In this document: piece by piece, positions 1 to 10,556 of the stretch
Layout: each line of letters opens with the position of its first letter
How positions within the stretch are numbered: the first letter of the stretch is position 1
Assembly (NCBI GenBank): GCA_963761305.1
Contig: CAVXGK010000002.1
Location: forward strand, 1,344,001-1,408,000
Length of the DNA stretch: 64,000 nt
Source of the DNA: an uncultured Gemmatimonadaceae bacterium
Lineage (GTDB): Bacteria > Gemmatimonadota > Gemmatimonadetes > Gemmatimonadales > Gemmatimonadaceae
Direction of reading: 5' to 3'
Program-made: the position numbers and the translations under genes
The notes under the pieces: model-generated
What the model was told of the DNA's origin: nothing
The model's input: only the letters and a program-made list of their open reading frames with translations
The model's database searches: none

Positions 1-1
1 T

Positions 2-205
2 GACACGATCACGATGCGCGGCGCGCCGATCGTGTTCGCGCTGTCGATTCCGGTGGACGCCCCAAACCGCGCCACGGCTGAACGATTCGTCGCGTATCTC
101 ATTTCCCCCGAAGGCAAGAGAATCCTTCGCTCGCAACACGTCGACGCGCTCGATCGGCTCGTGCCGTCCGGAACAGACCTGCCGGCTGTCGTCAAAGCTC
201 GTTAG
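2..205 (+). CDS. C-terminal part of a tungstate/molybdate-type ABC transporter solute-binding protein (runs in from window edge)
   Basis: Tail GAPIVFALSIPVDAPNRATAERFVAYLISPEGKRIL resembles the WtpA/ModA C-terminus; 5' end is outside the window. Confidence 0.55.
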   Translation, partial: DTITMRGAPIVFALSIPVDAPNRATAERFVAYLISPEGKRILRSQHVDALDRLVPSGTDLPAVVKAR

Positions 206-248
206 TCTGCGCGGTAGCGAAAACTCGGCCGCCTCCGATCTCAAGCCT

Positions 249-1157
249 GTGCGCATTCTGGTAACGGCCGCCCTTGCCGCGGCTTTGATTCGAGCGCCCG
301 CGCTCGCTCAGACCTCGCCGGACTCCGCCCGGCGCGCACCGGAATGTCCAAGGTGCGCCGAGTGGAACGTGTCGCAAACGCCGTTTCGCATCTTCGGCAA
401 CACGTTCTACGTCGGAACGCACGGACTCGCGGCCGTTCTCGTGACGTCGCCGCAAGGCCATGTGCTGATTGACGGCGCACTCCCCGAATCGGCGCCGCTC
501 ATCCTGGCGAACATTCGCGCGCTCGGGTTCCGCGTCGAGGACGTGAAAATCATGCTCAACTCGCACGCGCACTACGACCACGCCGGCGGGATCGCGGCCG
601 TGCAGAAGGCCACCGGCGCGGAGGTCGACGCGAGTCCATGGAGTGCGGCCGTCATTCGGCGCGGCGCGTCCGACCAGGGTGATCCCCAATTCGGGCTGGC
701 GCTGCCGTATCCGGCGGCATCGTCGGTCCGCACGATAAGCGACGGACAGGTGGTGCGGGTCGGCGATCTCGCGCTCACGGCGCACTTCACCGGAGGCCAC
801 ACGCCCGGCGGAACCACGTGGACCTGGCGGTCGTGCGACGGCGATCGTTGTCTCGACATCGTGTATGCCGACAGTCAGACGCCGGTGTCGGCCGACGACT
901 TTCTCTACACACGGTCCGCGGCGTATTCGACCGGCGTGCAGGATTTCGAGCATTCGTTCACCGTGCTCGAGAGTCTTTCCTGCGACATCCTGATCACGCC
1001 GCATCCGGCGGCGTCGAGTTTCTGGGAGCGCATCGCGGCGCGCGATTCGGGCAACATGGAAGCGCTGGTCGATCGCGATGCCTGCCGGCGATTCGCGACC
1101 AACGCGCGGCGCGATCTGGCCGCTCGAATCGAACGGGAAAAGCGCGCGAATCCCTAG
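249..1157 (+). CDS. Subclass B3 metallo-beta-lactamase
   Basis: Signal peptide; PFRIFGNTFYVG; zinc motif SHAHYDHAGG; GHTPGG; TPHP third His; paired cysteines as in B3 enzymes. Confidence 0.88.
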   Translation: MRILVTAALAAALIRAPALAQTSPDSARRAPECPRCAEWNVSQTPFRIFGNTFYVGTHGLAAVLVTSPQGHVLIDGALPESAPLILANIRALGFRVEDVKIMLNSHAHYDHAGGIAAVQKATGAEVDASPWSAAVIRRGASDQGDPQFGLALPYPAASSVRTISDGQVVRVGDLALTAHFTGGHTPGGTTWTWRSCDGDRCLDIVYADSQTPVSADDFLYTRSAAYSTGVQDFEHSFTVLESLSCDILITPHPAASSFWERIAARDSGNMEALVDRDACRRFATNARRDLAARIEREKRANP

Positions 1158-1159
1158 CC

Positions 1160-1699
1160 ATGGCACTCGTCGTCTTTCTTCGCGGCGTGAACGTCGGCGG
1201 ACATCGCACGTTTCGCCCCAGCGTTCTCGCGAAGCAGCTCAGCGCGTACGACGTAGTGAACATCGGCGCCGCGGGAACGTTCGTCGTGAGAAAGCCCGGC
1301 GCGCGCGCGAAGTTCCGCGCCGCGCTGCTCGGCAAGCTTCCGTTCGATACGCAGGTCATGCTCTGCGATGCGAAGGATCTACTCCGCGTGCACGCCGAGA
1401 ATCCGTTCGGCGTGCAGCCGCCACGTGCCGACGTCGTTCGCTTCGTCAGCGTTCTATCGAAGGCGAGCCGCGCTCGAACGGCGATCCCGCTGCAACTGCC
1501 GGCCGAAGGCGACTGGTTCGTGCGCGTGATTGGCTCCAAACATCCCTTCGTGTTCGGAGAGTACCGCCGCCACATGAAGACGATCGGCTACCTCGGCCAG
1601 ATCGACAGACTGTTCGGGGTGCCGGTCACGACGCGGGGATGGAACACGATCATTACAATTGTGAAAGTCCTGTCACGCGAGAACGAGCCCCGACGCTGA
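1160..1699 (+). CDS. DUF1697 family protein
   Basis: N-terminus MALVVFLRGVNVGGHR and C-terminal TTRGWNTI; ATG 2 nt after the lactamase stop. Confidence 0.8.
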   Translation: MALVVFLRGVNVGGHRTFRPSVLAKQLSAYDVVNIGAAGTFVVRKPGARAKFRAALLGKLPFDTQVMLCDAKDLLRVHAENPFGVQPPRADVVRFVSVLSKASRARTAIPLQLPAEGDWFVRVIGSKHPFVFGEYRRHMKTIGYLGQIDRLFGVPVTTRGWNTIITIVKVLSRENEPRR

Positions 1700-1810
1700 A
1701 ACAGCGCCGATTGCGACTCAACTGAGCCGCGTGGATTGGCATTTCTTTGCGCATCGGCCAGCGCCTCGACCGCGGCTGTTGCGTTGTCCCCGCGTCACCG
1801 TCGTAGTTCG

Positions 1811-2362
1811 ATGAACAATGCAAGGTCTCACGTGCGACGACGACATCTTCGATTGTTGGCCCCCGCTCTCCTGACGGCGTTGTCGCTCGCCGGCTGCGAC
1901 AATTCGTTTCAGAGTGACGCTCGGGTCCAATTGGCGAGCGCGTCGGGCGTACCGACGGACGCCGCCCCGACCCCTCCCGACGTGATGCACTTGCTCCGGC
2001 TCGAGGGATTCGTCAGCCCCGGCAACGTCGCGGCAAACGGAACGTGCATTCCGTTCGACGCGAGCGGCCGATCGCGGCTCATCTACCTGATGCTGCCCGC
2101 CGAGTCGTCGTACGTGCGACTGACTATCGTCGCGCGGCCGGGCGGGCCTGTCGATATGGTGGACCTCGTGCGAGGAATTCCGGACGGCCGCATTTGGTCG
2201 GCGACACTCGAGGGTCCGCGAGGCACGACGACGGCGCGCCTTTTCGCGTCGGCCAGCGACAAGGCGCCGACGACGGACGAGTGGTCGGCGCAGGATCAGC
2301 GCACGCAGCGACTGAGCGAGGTCGCCGCGGCCGCCATTCAGTCGCCTTGCGTGCCCAAGTAG
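1811..2362 (+). CDS. Hypothetical lipoprotein
   Basis: Basic N-terminus, hydrophobic stretch and lipobox LAGC. Confidence 0.55.
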   Translation: MNNARSHVRRRHLRLLAPALLTALSLAGCDNSFQSDARVQLASASGVPTDAAPTPPDVMHLLRLEGFVSPGNVAANGTCIPFDASGRSRLIYLMLPAESSYVRLTIVARPGGPVDMVDLVRGIPDGRIWSATLEGPRGTTTARLFASASDKAPTTDEWSAQDQRTQRLSEVAAAAIQSPCVPK

Positions 2363-2363
2363 A

Positions 2364-3116
2364 TCAGGTCAGGTCCGTCACCAGCATGCAGCCCGGAGCG
2401 TGCGTGACGGCGAACGGAATACGTGAGCTGGCAATCGCCGCCTGAGGGGTCACACCGCAAGCCCAGAATACCGGAAGCTCGCCGGGCGCGATCTCGGTCG
2501 GATCGCCGTAGTCGGGCAATGAGATATTTGTAATGCCGATCCGCTCGGGGTCGCCCACATGAACCGGCGCCCCATGAGCCAAGGGAAAGCGGCCTGTGAT
2601 CTCGATCGCGCGCGCCGCGTCGGCGGCGGTCAGCGGGCGCATCGACACGACCAACGGCCCGGCGAAGGGACCCGCCGGTTCGCAAGCGATGTTCGTGCGG
2701 TACATCGCGACGTTCGTTCGCGCCAACAGGTGCTTGAGGCGAATACCGGCGGCGGTCAGCGCCTCCTCGAAGGTGAACGAGCAACCGAGGACGAAGCCGA
2801 CGAGATCGTCGCGCCAGAGATGTGAAATGGCGGCGACCTCTTCGACGAGTTGGCCATGGCGCCAGACGCGGTAGCGAGGCAAGTCGGTCCTGAGGTCGAG
2901 GTCGGCGCCGAGCTCGGGAACGCGGGGACTGCCCGGCTCGGTCACGCCAATCACCGGGCACGGTTTCGGATTGAGCGCGCAGAAGCGCGCGAAGTCGCCG
3001 GCGACGTCGGCCGGCACAACGACGAGATTGCCTTGCGCGAATCCGGGCGCCAGTCCCGCCGTCGGGCCGGTCAGCGTGCCCGCCCTCACCGCGAGCCGGA
3101 CGTCGCGCCCGGTCAC
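2364..3116 (-). CDS. DUF1445/YcsI putative hydro-lyase (D-glutamate cyclase family)
   Basis: [58 protein letters not shown] overlaps the MFS stop (GTGA). Confidence 0.88.
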   Translation of the reverse strand: MTGRDVRLAVRAGTLTGPTAGLAPGFAQGNLVVVPADVAGDFARFCALNPKPCPVIGVTEPGSPRVPELGADLDLRTDLPRYRVWRHGQLVEEVAAISHLWRDDLVGFVLGCSFTFEEALTAAGIRLKHLLARTNVAMYRTNIACEPAGPFAGPLVVSMRPLTAADAARAIEITGRFPLAHGAPVHVGDPERIGITNISLPDYGDPTEIAPGELPVFWACGVTPQAAIASSRIPFAVTHAPGCMLVTDLT

Positions 3117-4396
3117 GACGCCAATGCCGCCCCCCGCGTCTCGGGGAGCAAGAATGCCGCGATCCCCATCACGCTGTAGGCGATGATCGCGAAGATCGAG
3201 ATCGCGCGCGACAAGGGCATCGTCGCCGAGATATAGCCGACGAGCGCGGGGAACGTGGCGCCGATGCCGCGGCCGAAATTGTAGGCGAACCCCATCGCCG
3301 AGCCCCGCACGCGCGTGGGAAACAATTCGGCGAAGAACGCGCCCAGCCCGGCGAAATACCCCGACACGACGAAGCCGAGGGGAAAGCCGAGAAGCCATAG
3401 GACACCGTTTGTAACGGGGGCGCGTGTATAGATCAGCGTCATCACCACCGCGCCGGCCGAGAACACGAGGAACAGTTTGCGGCGTCCGATCCGGTCGGCG
3501 AGCCATGCGCCGGTGAGATACCCGGTGAACGCACCGGTGATCAGGAAAGCGAGATAGCTCGTCGACCCGACCATGGTAAGATGCCGCTCCGTCTGGAGGA
3601 AAACCGGCAGCCACGTATTGATCGCGTAGTAGCCGCCCTGGGCGCCGGTGCCGAGTAGCGCGGCGAGCGCCGTCGTCTTGAGCAGGCCCGGCGAGAAGAT
3701 CTCCCAGATCGAACCCATCGACTCGCCGCGTGCCGCCGCGGCGAGCGGCGGTTCCTTCACGAAGCGTCGAATGAACAGCACGTACAACGCGGGCACGAAA
3801 CCGAGCGCGAACATCCAACGCCACGCCTGCTGCTCGGGAAGCGTCGAGTAGACGATCGCCTGGAGGAGCACGGCACTTCCCCACCCGACCGCCCATCCCG
3901 ACTGCACGCACCCGACGGCGCGTCCGCGATATCGCGGCCGAATCGTCTCGCTCATGAGCGCGGCGGCGGCCGTCCACTCACCGCCGAAACCGAAGCCGAG
4001 CAGCGCGCGAAAAATCGCCAGCTGTCCGAAGCTCTGCGCGAACGCCGAGAGAAGACTGAAAAGAGCAAACCAGAGCACGGTGATCTGTACCGCGCGCACG
4101 CGCCCCATGTGATCGGAGACGTAGCCCGCCACCCAGCCGCCGAGCGCCGAGCACAAAAGCGTCGCGCTGACGGTCAGTCCCGCGGTCCCTCGGTCGACGT
4201 GCCAGAGCGCGATCACCGTGCCCAGCACGAGCGTGTAGATCGTGAAGTCCAGACCGTCGAGCGCGTAACCCAGCGCGCACGCCAGCATCGTGCGTCGCTC
4301 GGGCAGCGTCATGGCGCGGTAGAACGCGGCCAATCCCGAGTCGTCGGCCTCGGCGTCGATCGCAACGGGGAGTGCGCCTTCGGCGAGGTCGCTCAT
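3113..4396 (-). CDS. MFS transporter
   Basis: About 12 hydrophobic segments; DHMGRVR and DRIGRRK loops; [16 protein letters not shown]. Confidence 0.9.
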   Translation of the reverse strand: MSDLAEGALPVAIDAEADDSGLAAFYRAMTLPERRTMLACALGYALDGLDFTIYTLVLGTVIALWHVDRGTAGLTVSATLLCSALGGWVAGYVSDHMGRVRAVQITVLWFALFSLLSAFAQSFGQLAIFRALLGFGFGGEWTAAAALMSETIRPRYRGRAVGCVQSGWAVGWGSAVLLQAIVYSTLPEQQAWRWMFALGFVPALYVLFIRRFVKEPPLAAAARGESMGSIWEIFSPGLLKTTALAALLGTGAQGGYYAINTWLPVFLQTERHLTMVGSTSYLAFLITGAFTGYLTGAWLADRIGRRKLFLVFSAGAVVMTLIYTRAPVTNGVLWLLGFPLGFVVSGYFAGLGAFFAELFPTRVRGSAMGFAYNFGRGIGATFPALVGYISATMPLSRAISIFAIIAYSVMGIAAFLLPETRGAALAS

Positions 4397-4430
4397 GGCC
4401 GCCGAAGGTACCGGCGCGTTCGTCGTCGCG

Positions 4431-7097
4431 TCAGCCCTTCAGCGCAATACTCGGATCGACGCTTGCCGCGCGCCTCGCCGGCAGGTAGCCCGCGGCGACG
4501 GCTGCGACGCCGAGCGTCGCCAGCGCCACCGCGTGGCTCGCCGGATCAGCCGCGCCGACGCCGAACAGCATTCCGGCAGTGAGAGGCGCAACGAGCGCCG
4601 CAACGACGAAGCCGAGCGCCAGCCCGGCGCCCGCGAGCGTGAGCGTCCCGACCATCACCGACGCGCGCACGTTGCCGGCCGACGCGCCGAGCGCCAACCG
4701 AATGCCGATCTCCTGCGTGCGCTGCGAGACGCCGTACGCGACCAGCGCGTAGATGCCCAACGCCGCGAGGACGACGGCGAACGCCGCGAACCCGGTCAGC
4801 AGCGAAACGACGAACCGTCGCGGCGACGCGACCTTGTCGATGAACTGCTGGAGCGGGATCCACGGATTCTTTTCCACCCCGGCCGCGATCGGCGCGAGCG
4901 CGGTGCGGACGGACGCCGCGAGCGCCGCCCCATCGAGGCTCGTGTGCACCACGAGGTTCTCGGCGCGGTGATCCGAGTATTGGCGAAGCGGATAGTAGAG
5001 CTCTCCGGTGAAGTCGCGCTCCAACGACGTGTGGCGCACGTTCTCGACGACGCCGATCACGAGCATGCGCCGATCGCCGTTGCCGACGACTTGGCCCACT
5101 GCGTCGCGCCCCGGCCAGAGCGTGTGGGCGAGTGCCTCATTCACGATCACGACACGCGGAGACTCGGGCGAGTCGCCGTCGTTGAAGTCCCGCCCCGCCC
5201 GCAGCGACACGCCCAACGTTTGGAAGTAGCCGTCGCTCACGACGCGGATGAACGCTTCGGGCGCCTGACCTCGTGGATACACTTGCCCCTCTCCCGCCAC
5301 GCTCCAGCTGCGATCTCCCGTGAAGGGAAGCAGGTCTCCGAGCGCCGCGTGCGTGATTCCGGGAATGCCGCGCGCTCGGCGCAGAACCTCGTCGTAGTAC
5401 GCATTCGCGGCGGCCAGATCTGAAATGCGACGAGCTGGTTCGATGTTCAACGCCGCGGTGCGCTCGGGATGATATCCCAATTGGACGTCGAGCACCTGCA
5501 TGAAGCTTCTCAGCAACAGCGACGACACGACGAGCAGCGCGCACGCCGCCGCCACCTCGAGAACGACCAGCGTGCTGCGCACTCGGGCGTGCGCACCGCC
5601 GCGGGTCGAGCCTCGCGACGCGTCGCTGAGCGCGTCGCGAACGTCCGCCGGCGGCCGCAGCGCCGGCAGCACGCCGACGATCACGCCCGTCAGCACCGCC
5701 GCAGCGGCCGCGACGCCGATCACCTTGAAGTTGACACCGACTCGCGCCAGCAGCGGAATGTCGAACGCGCTGAGATGGGAGACGAGGCGCGTTCCAACGA
5801 CCGCGATCGCCACGCCCAGCAACGCGCCGCCGCCCGCCAGCACGAGACTCTCGGTGAGCGTTTGCCGCACGAGTCGCCCGCGCGTCGCGCCGATGGCAAG
5901 TCGCACCGCCAACTCACGCCGTCGCGCCGACGTCCTCGCGAACTGGAGGCTTGCCAGATTCGCGATCACGATCAGCATCACGCCGACGATCGCCGCCGAC
6001 AGCAGCAAGAGCGCCGGCCGCACGCGTCCGTTGACGCGCTCGTCGAGCCGAAGAATCTTTGGCCGGAGTGTATTTCTGTGGGGGAACTCGGCCGTCAGCT
6101 CCTTGCCGAGCGGAACGAGCTCCGAGCGCGCCTGGTCGACCGTTACGCCGGGACGCAGGCGACCGACGACGGCCAGCGTGTTGCCCTGTCGATTCGTCTG
6201 GTCGCTGAGCGGAAACGGCTCGAACATGTCGACCGGCGCACCGGGCGTGAACACCGACGCGAAATCGAATGACGCCGGGAGAACGCCGATGATCCTGACG
6301 GGCGCGTCGCCGATCGTCACCGTCCTCCCCGCGATCGCCGGATCCGCCGCGAACTGCCGCCGCCACGTCGCCTCGGTGAGCAATACGGTCTGCGCCGCGT
6401 GATCCAGGCATTCGTCGGCGGAGAACGTGCGGCCGACGATCGGCTTCACGCCGAGAAACGGAAGGAAGTTGCAGGTCACCGGCACGCTGGTGAGGCGCTG
6501 CGGATCGCCTCCGGTCGACAGCACGGCGTCGCCTATTCCATAGTAGGCATCGTAGCCGGCGAGGCCGTCGAGCGAGTGGCTCCGTCGCTCCACGTCGAGA
6601 AAGTGGTTGACCTGCCACCGCCATTCGGCGATGCCGTCGTCGCCGATATTGGAGATCCACACCAGACGCGCCGGATCGCGAAACGGCATCGGCCGGAGCA
6701 AGACGCCGTCGACGAGGCTGAACACAATGGCGCTCGCGCCGACGCCGAGTCCGACGATGAGCAGCGCGAACGTGGTGAAGCCCGCGTCACGGCGCAGCGT
6801 TCGGACGGCGTATCGGATGTCGTGCCATACCGTGTCGAGCCATTCGCGCACGTGCATCCGGCGGTGGCGCCGTTGGGCCGATGACTCGAACCGTTTGCGC
6901 TCCTCGTCGACCGCGCCGAACCGTCGCACGGCTTCGGCACGCGCCGCCTCGGGCGACAGGCCTTCGCGCATGATGAGTTGGTTCGTACGCAGCTGCAGGT
7001 GCAGACGGATCTCGTCGTCGGCATCGTCCAGACGGTCCCGCCCCAGTCCGAGCCGGAACAGGCGTCGGATGCCGGGTCTGATCTCTCCTCGTCGCAT
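4431..7097 (-). CDS. ADOP-type duplicated ABC permease (MacB/FtsX domains)
   Basis: DIRYAVRTLRR, RRRELAVRLAIGA and RTQEIGIRLALGA repeats, PARRAASVDP end; downstream of PadR. Confidence 0.9.
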   Translation of the reverse strand: MRRGEIRPGIRRLFRLGLGRDRLDDADDEIRLHLQLRTNQLIMREGLSPEAARAEAVRRFGAVDEERKRFESSAQRRHRRMHVREWLDTVWHDIRYAVRTLRRDAGFTTFALLIVGLGVGASAIVFSLVDGVLLRPMPFRDPARLVWISNIGDDGIAEWRWQVNHFLDVERRSHSLDGLAGYDAYYGIGDAVLSTGGDPQRLTSVPVTCNFLPFLGVKPIVGRTFSADECLDHAAQTVLLTEATWRRQFAADPAIAGRTVTIGDAPVRIIGVLPASFDFASVFTPGAPVDMFEPFPLSDQTNRQGNTLAVVGRLRPGVTVDQARSELVPLGKELTAEFPHRNTLRPKILRLDERVNGRVRPALLLLSAAIVGVMLIVIANLASLQFARTSARRRELAVRLAIGATRGRLVRQTLTESLVLAGGGALLGVAIAVVGTRLVSHLSAFDIPLLARVGVNFKVIGVAAAAAVLTGVIVGVLPALRPPADVRDALSDASRGSTRGGAHARVRSTLVVLEVAAACALLVVSSLLLRSFMQVLDVQLGYHPERTAALNIEPARRISDLAAANAYYDEVLRRARGIPGITHAALGDLLPFTGDRSWSVAGEGQVYPRGQAPEAFIRVVSDGYFQTLGVSLRAGRDFNDGDSPESPRVVIVNEALAHTLWPGRDAVGQVVGNGDRRMLVIGVVENVRHTSLERDFTGELYYPLRQYSDHRAENLVVHTSLDGAALAASVRTALAPIAAGVEKNPWIPLQQFIDKVASPRRFVVSLLTGFAAFAVVLAALGIYALVAYGVSQRTQEIGIRLALGASAGNVRASVMVGTLTLAGAGLALGFVVAALVAPLTAGMLFGVGAADPASHAVALATLGVAAVAAGYLPARRAASVDPSIALKG

Positions 7098-7115
7098 CGC
7101 GGGTCTCGGTCGGCG

Positions 7116-7457
7116 TCAGCGCCGGCTGGCGGGTGAGGTGAGGATGTCGGTCAGCGTGCTCGCGTAGCGAACCCACTGCGCCGTTTCGCTGTTGAGAAAC
7201 GCGCGCCCCGCCTTCGTCAACTTGTAGTAGCGCGCGCGTTGATTGTTCTCCGTGACGCCCCACTCGGCGGCGACGAAGCCCCGCTCCTCGAGGCGGTGGA
7301 CCGCCTGATAGAGCGCGCTGTCGCGAACGTCGAGCGCGCCGCGCGACCGCTCTTCGACCCATTGAGTGATCTCGAATCCGTGCATCGGCGTCCACGAGAG
7401 CGCCTTGAGCACGAGGATGTCGAGGGTGCCTTTGACCAGCGGGAGCGAGTCGGCCAC
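7116..7457 (-). CDS. PadR family transcriptional regulator
   Basis: KGTLDILVLKAL, MHGFEI, SALYQAVHRLEE, WGVTENNQRARYYKLT. Confidence 0.9.
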   Translation of the reverse strand: MADSLPLVKGTLDILVLKALSWTPMHGFEITQWVEERSRGALDVRDSALYQAVHRLEERGFVAAEWGVTENNQRARYYKLTKAGRAFLNSETAQWVRYASTLTDILTSPASRR

Positions 7458-7643
7458 GGCGATGGACTCCAGAATAAGATTACAGACTCTGACCCCTACA
7501 GTGCCGCATGGCCCCGACCGTGTCAAGTCGTGCGACGCACGAATCCGGCGCGGACTTCGCATTAGTGCCTCCGCACGACGATCGCGGCGGCTGCCACACG
7601 GCACAAAAGTCCAATCGCCATCGTGGGCTGACGGCGCCAAACT

Positions 7644-9095
7644 GTGACTAGGAGGCAGGCTGGCGTGGCGAATTGGGGGCGTGACGCCGAAACGGGACGT
7701 GTAGAAAGCCTGGTCGGGCGGGCGCTCTGCGCCGTGCTCCCCCCGCTGGCAGCGCTCGCCATCGAAGCGCTGCTGCTGTCGACGGTGAGCCGCTGGCTGC
7801 TGTTCAACGCGGCCGTGATCGTCAGCTCATGGCTCGGCGGACTCGCGGCCGGCCTCGTCTCGACCGTCCTCTCGGCCGGGCTCGTTTGGTGGTTTCTCAT
7901 CCCGCCGGAGCGAAGCGTCCAGACGGCGGACCCCGGATACTACGCGACCGTCGCCATCTTTCTCACGGTGGGAACGGCGGTCAGCTTCCTCCACGACAGC
8001 CTGCGACGAGCTCGTCGCGCGCTGGCCGGCGCCGCGACGGAGTTGGCGGAAGCGCAGCGTCTCGCGCACATCGGCAGTTGGACCTGGGACTTTCGAACCA
8101 ACACCGGCTGGTGGTCACCCGAGCTGTACCGCATCCATCGGCGTGATCCGGCGCTCCCGCTGCCGGGGCCGGCCGACCTCTCGAAGTTCTTCACCCCCGA
8201 GAGCGGCGCGGCGCTCCATGAGGCCGCCGACCGACTCAGGCGCGACGGGGCCCCGTTCGAGCTCGAACTGGAGTCGATCTCGCCGGACGGCGTACACACG
8301 TGGGTGTCGACGCACGGCGAGGGCGTCCGAGACAACGCCGGCAGGCTCGTGGGTTTGCGGGGGACGTCGCAGGACATTACCCGGGTCAAGGAGCTCGAGC
8401 GCATGAAGGAGGAGTGGACGTCGGTGATCGCCCACGACCTGCGCCAGCCGATCGGCGTCATCACGATGTCCGTCGAGATGCTTCCCGAACAGCACGTCGG
8501 CGAAATCAGCAAACCAGAATCAGCGATTGTTCATCACATCCGCTCGGCGGCGCGCTCGTTGAACCGCATGGTCAACGATCTGCTCGACGTGTCGCGGATC
8601 GAGGCGCACCGGCTGTCGCTGGAACGAGCCTGGCTGGATCCCCGGCGCCTCGTGCACGAGACGCTGGAGCATCTGAGACACCTCACCGAGCACTGCCGCG
8701 TCGACATCTCGACCGAAGGCGCGCTCTCACCGGTCTACGCCGACCCGGGCCGTTTCGAGCAGATCCTTGGCAACCTGGTGAGCAATGCCGTCAAGTACGG
8801 AGACCGAAGCAGCGGCGTTCAGGTGCGGCTGACGCAGCGAGGCGACGAGGTGCTGTTCTCCGTCGTAAACCGCGGACAAGGGATATCGAGCGAGGAGCTT
8901 TCCCGGCTGTTCACGCGGTTCGGGCGATCGACGACCACGCACGCCGCTGCCTCGGGAATTGGTCTCGGACTCTACATCGCCCGGGGGTTGGTCGAAGCGC
9001 ACGGCGGTCGCATTTGGGCCGAGAGCAGGCCGGGCGAGACGACGACGTTCAACTTCTCGCTGCCCTGTCGCGACGCCGCCGCCGCCGCGGCGTGA
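7644..9095 (+). CDS. Membrane sensor histidine kinase (DUF4118-like TM, PAS, HisKA, HATPase)
   Basis: TM N-terminus; AQRLAHIGSWTWD PAS; AHDLRQP H-box; NLVSNAVKY; GIGLGLYI. Confidence 0.88.
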   Translation: MTRRQAGVANWGRDAETGRVESLVGRALCAVLPPLAALAIEALLLSTVSRWLLFNAAVIVSSWLGGLAAGLVSTVLSAGLVWWFLIPPERSVQTADPGYYATVAIFLTVGTAVSFLHDSLRRARRALAGAATELAEAQRLAHIGSWTWDFRTNTGWWSPELYRIHRRDPALPLPGPADLSKFFTPESGAALHEAADRLRRDGAPFELELESISPDGVHTWVSTHGEGVRDNAGRLVGLRGTSQDITRVKELERMKEEWTSVIAHDLRQPIGVITMSVEMLPEQHVGEISKPESAIVHHIRSAARSLNRMVNDLLDVSRIEAHRLSLERAWLDPRRLVHETLEHLRHLTEHCRVDISTEGALSPVYADPGRFEQILGNLVSNAVKYGDRSSGVQVRLTQRGDEVLFSVVNRGQGISSEELSRLFTRFGRSTTTHAAASGIGLGLYIARGLVEAHGGRIWAESRPGETTTFNFSLPCRDAAAAAA

Positions 9096-9180
9096 ACGAC
9101 GTCCTCAAAACGAGTCGAGCCAACCACCGTGAGGTGATTGGCTCGAGATCGTTGTGAAACTCGGCGTCGGTACGGTCTGA

Positions 9181-9972
9181 CTAGTTGCCGCCCGCGCCGA
9201 CCCACGGGTCCGTCGACAACCAGTTCGAGTTGGGCGCGAACAGGAACACCATTCCACCGTCCGCCAGCTGCGGCAGCAGTCGCTGCGCGCGCGCCGTTTC
9301 CATTGCCGGACAGCCCTTGCTGGTCCCCGCCCTGGTCGGCGTCACGTAGGGCGCGCCGTGGGCCACCACTCCGCGAGCGAGGGCTTTGTCGTTGAACCCC
9401 TCGGACACGCCGTTCAAACGCAGGCCGATCGAGTGATACGCGCGGCCGCCTGAGTGGCCGGTAAACGCGTACGTCGCCTTGGCGAGATAGAGACCCAACG
9501 AGGTGGCCGCGCTCCCGAACGCATTGGAGAATCGCGTGGGAATCGAGGCACCCGCCGGCGCTGAACCACGACCGTGCGCCACGGTGAACGGACCGTCGAC
9601 GATTCGCAGCGACGACATGTTGAACACGTAGCCGCGCGGCTCGGTATTCGGCAGACCGTAATCCACGAAGTAGAGGAGCGGCTTCTTCACCTCATCGGGA
9701 TGCGCCGCCTTGAACGCGAAGTAGCTATGGAACGCGGCGTCGAGCGCGTGCGGATCGCTCAACCGGCGAACGGTCGACGAAAAAGCCGCGACCGCTGCCT
9801 TGGCTTTCGTCGCCAACAGGTCCGTGGCGGCGGCAACCGATTTCTGCGCAGTCAAACCCTGTGCCGGAGCGGCCCCTGCGGTAGCGCTGTCGGCCACAGC
9901 AACGCGCGCAGAACCGAACGCAAGCGTTGTCGAACCAATCAAGACTTTCGAGATGACGTGGTTGAGCTTCAT
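9181..9972 (-). CDS. Murein L,D-transpeptidase catalytic-domain protein (YkuD_2 type)
   Basis: Signal peptide; VAHGRGS, FSN, TSLGLY, VAHGAPYV and GTSKGCP catalytic His/Cys. Confidence 0.8.
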   Translation of the reverse strand: MKLNHVISKVLIGSTTLAFGSARVAVADSATAGAAPAQGLTAQKSVAAATDLLATKAKAAVAAFSSTVRRLSDPHALDAAFHSYFAFKAAHPDEVKKPLLYFVDYGLPNTEPRGYVFNMSSLRIVDGPFTVAHGRGSAPAGASIPTRFSNAFGSAATSLGLYLAKATYAFTGHSGGRAYHSIGLRLNGVSEGFNDKALARGVVAHGAPYVTPTRAGTSKGCPAMETARAQRLLPQLADGGMVFLFAPNSNWLSTDPWVGAGGN

Positions 9973-10127
9973 CGCTCGTACCTCCTCGGCAAAACGAAGC
10001 GCCCGACGCGAGCGGAAGTCGCTGGGGGCGCTGACAGGTAGATAGTACCCCTCGGGATGTGATGTGGGTCCACAATTCCTCTGCGGCTCAGCGCGCTTAT
10101 CACCGCTGCCGAGCCCGCTCCCGCGAA

Positions 10128-10313
10128 TTACTTCTGAAATCCGGTCGAGACGATGAGTCTCTTCGAGACGAGCTCGCCGCAGAGATACCCGACCACATAA
10201 TCCGGCGCGGTGTTGACCGAGAGCTCGTTCGTGGCGGCTAGCTCAGCGAGGGTCGCTTCGACGGCCCACCAGAGCGGCGTGTCGCGGTACTCGGCGAACG
10301 GGCGTGACGACAT
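10128..10313 (-). CDS. Small hypothetical protein
   Basis: AGGAG Shine-Dalgarno upstream of ATG; protein-like composition; last gene of a three-gene run. Confidence 0.6.
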   Translation of the reverse strand: MSSRPFAEYRDTPLWWAVEATLAELAATNELSVNTAPDYVVGYLCGELVSKRLIVSTGFQK

Positions 10314-10322
10314 GGGCTGCTC

Positions 10323-10556
10323 CTAGTCCGTGCGGTGATCCTGGGCCGCGTGCACGCGCGTGAGTGGCTCCCAGCGGCTGTCGCTCCGGCGCGAGAGATT
10401 GCGGTTCAGCCGCTGACGCCAATCCAGGAAGAACGTCTCAGTGGGCGCGGCAACCGTCTTCGACGGAAAGGGCGCCGGCTCGGTGGCGACTTCTTCAGGC
10501 GTTGCGGTCGGTGATCGCAGGGATGACCACCGTTCCGGACCTCGTTCGCCTCTCAT
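10323..10556 (-). CDS. Small hypothetical protein
   Basis: ATGA overlap with the upstream gene stop at 10553. Confidence 0.4.
   Translation of the reverse strand: MRGERGPERWSSLRSPTATPEEVATEPAPFPSKTVAAPTETFFLDWRQRLNRNLSRRSDSRWEPLTRVHAAQDHRTD

Noticed and set aside
3117..3977. N-terminal extension of the DUF1445 ORF to 537 aa
   Set aside because: Lies out of frame inside the MFS gene; a GTGA-coupled start at 3116 fits the family length
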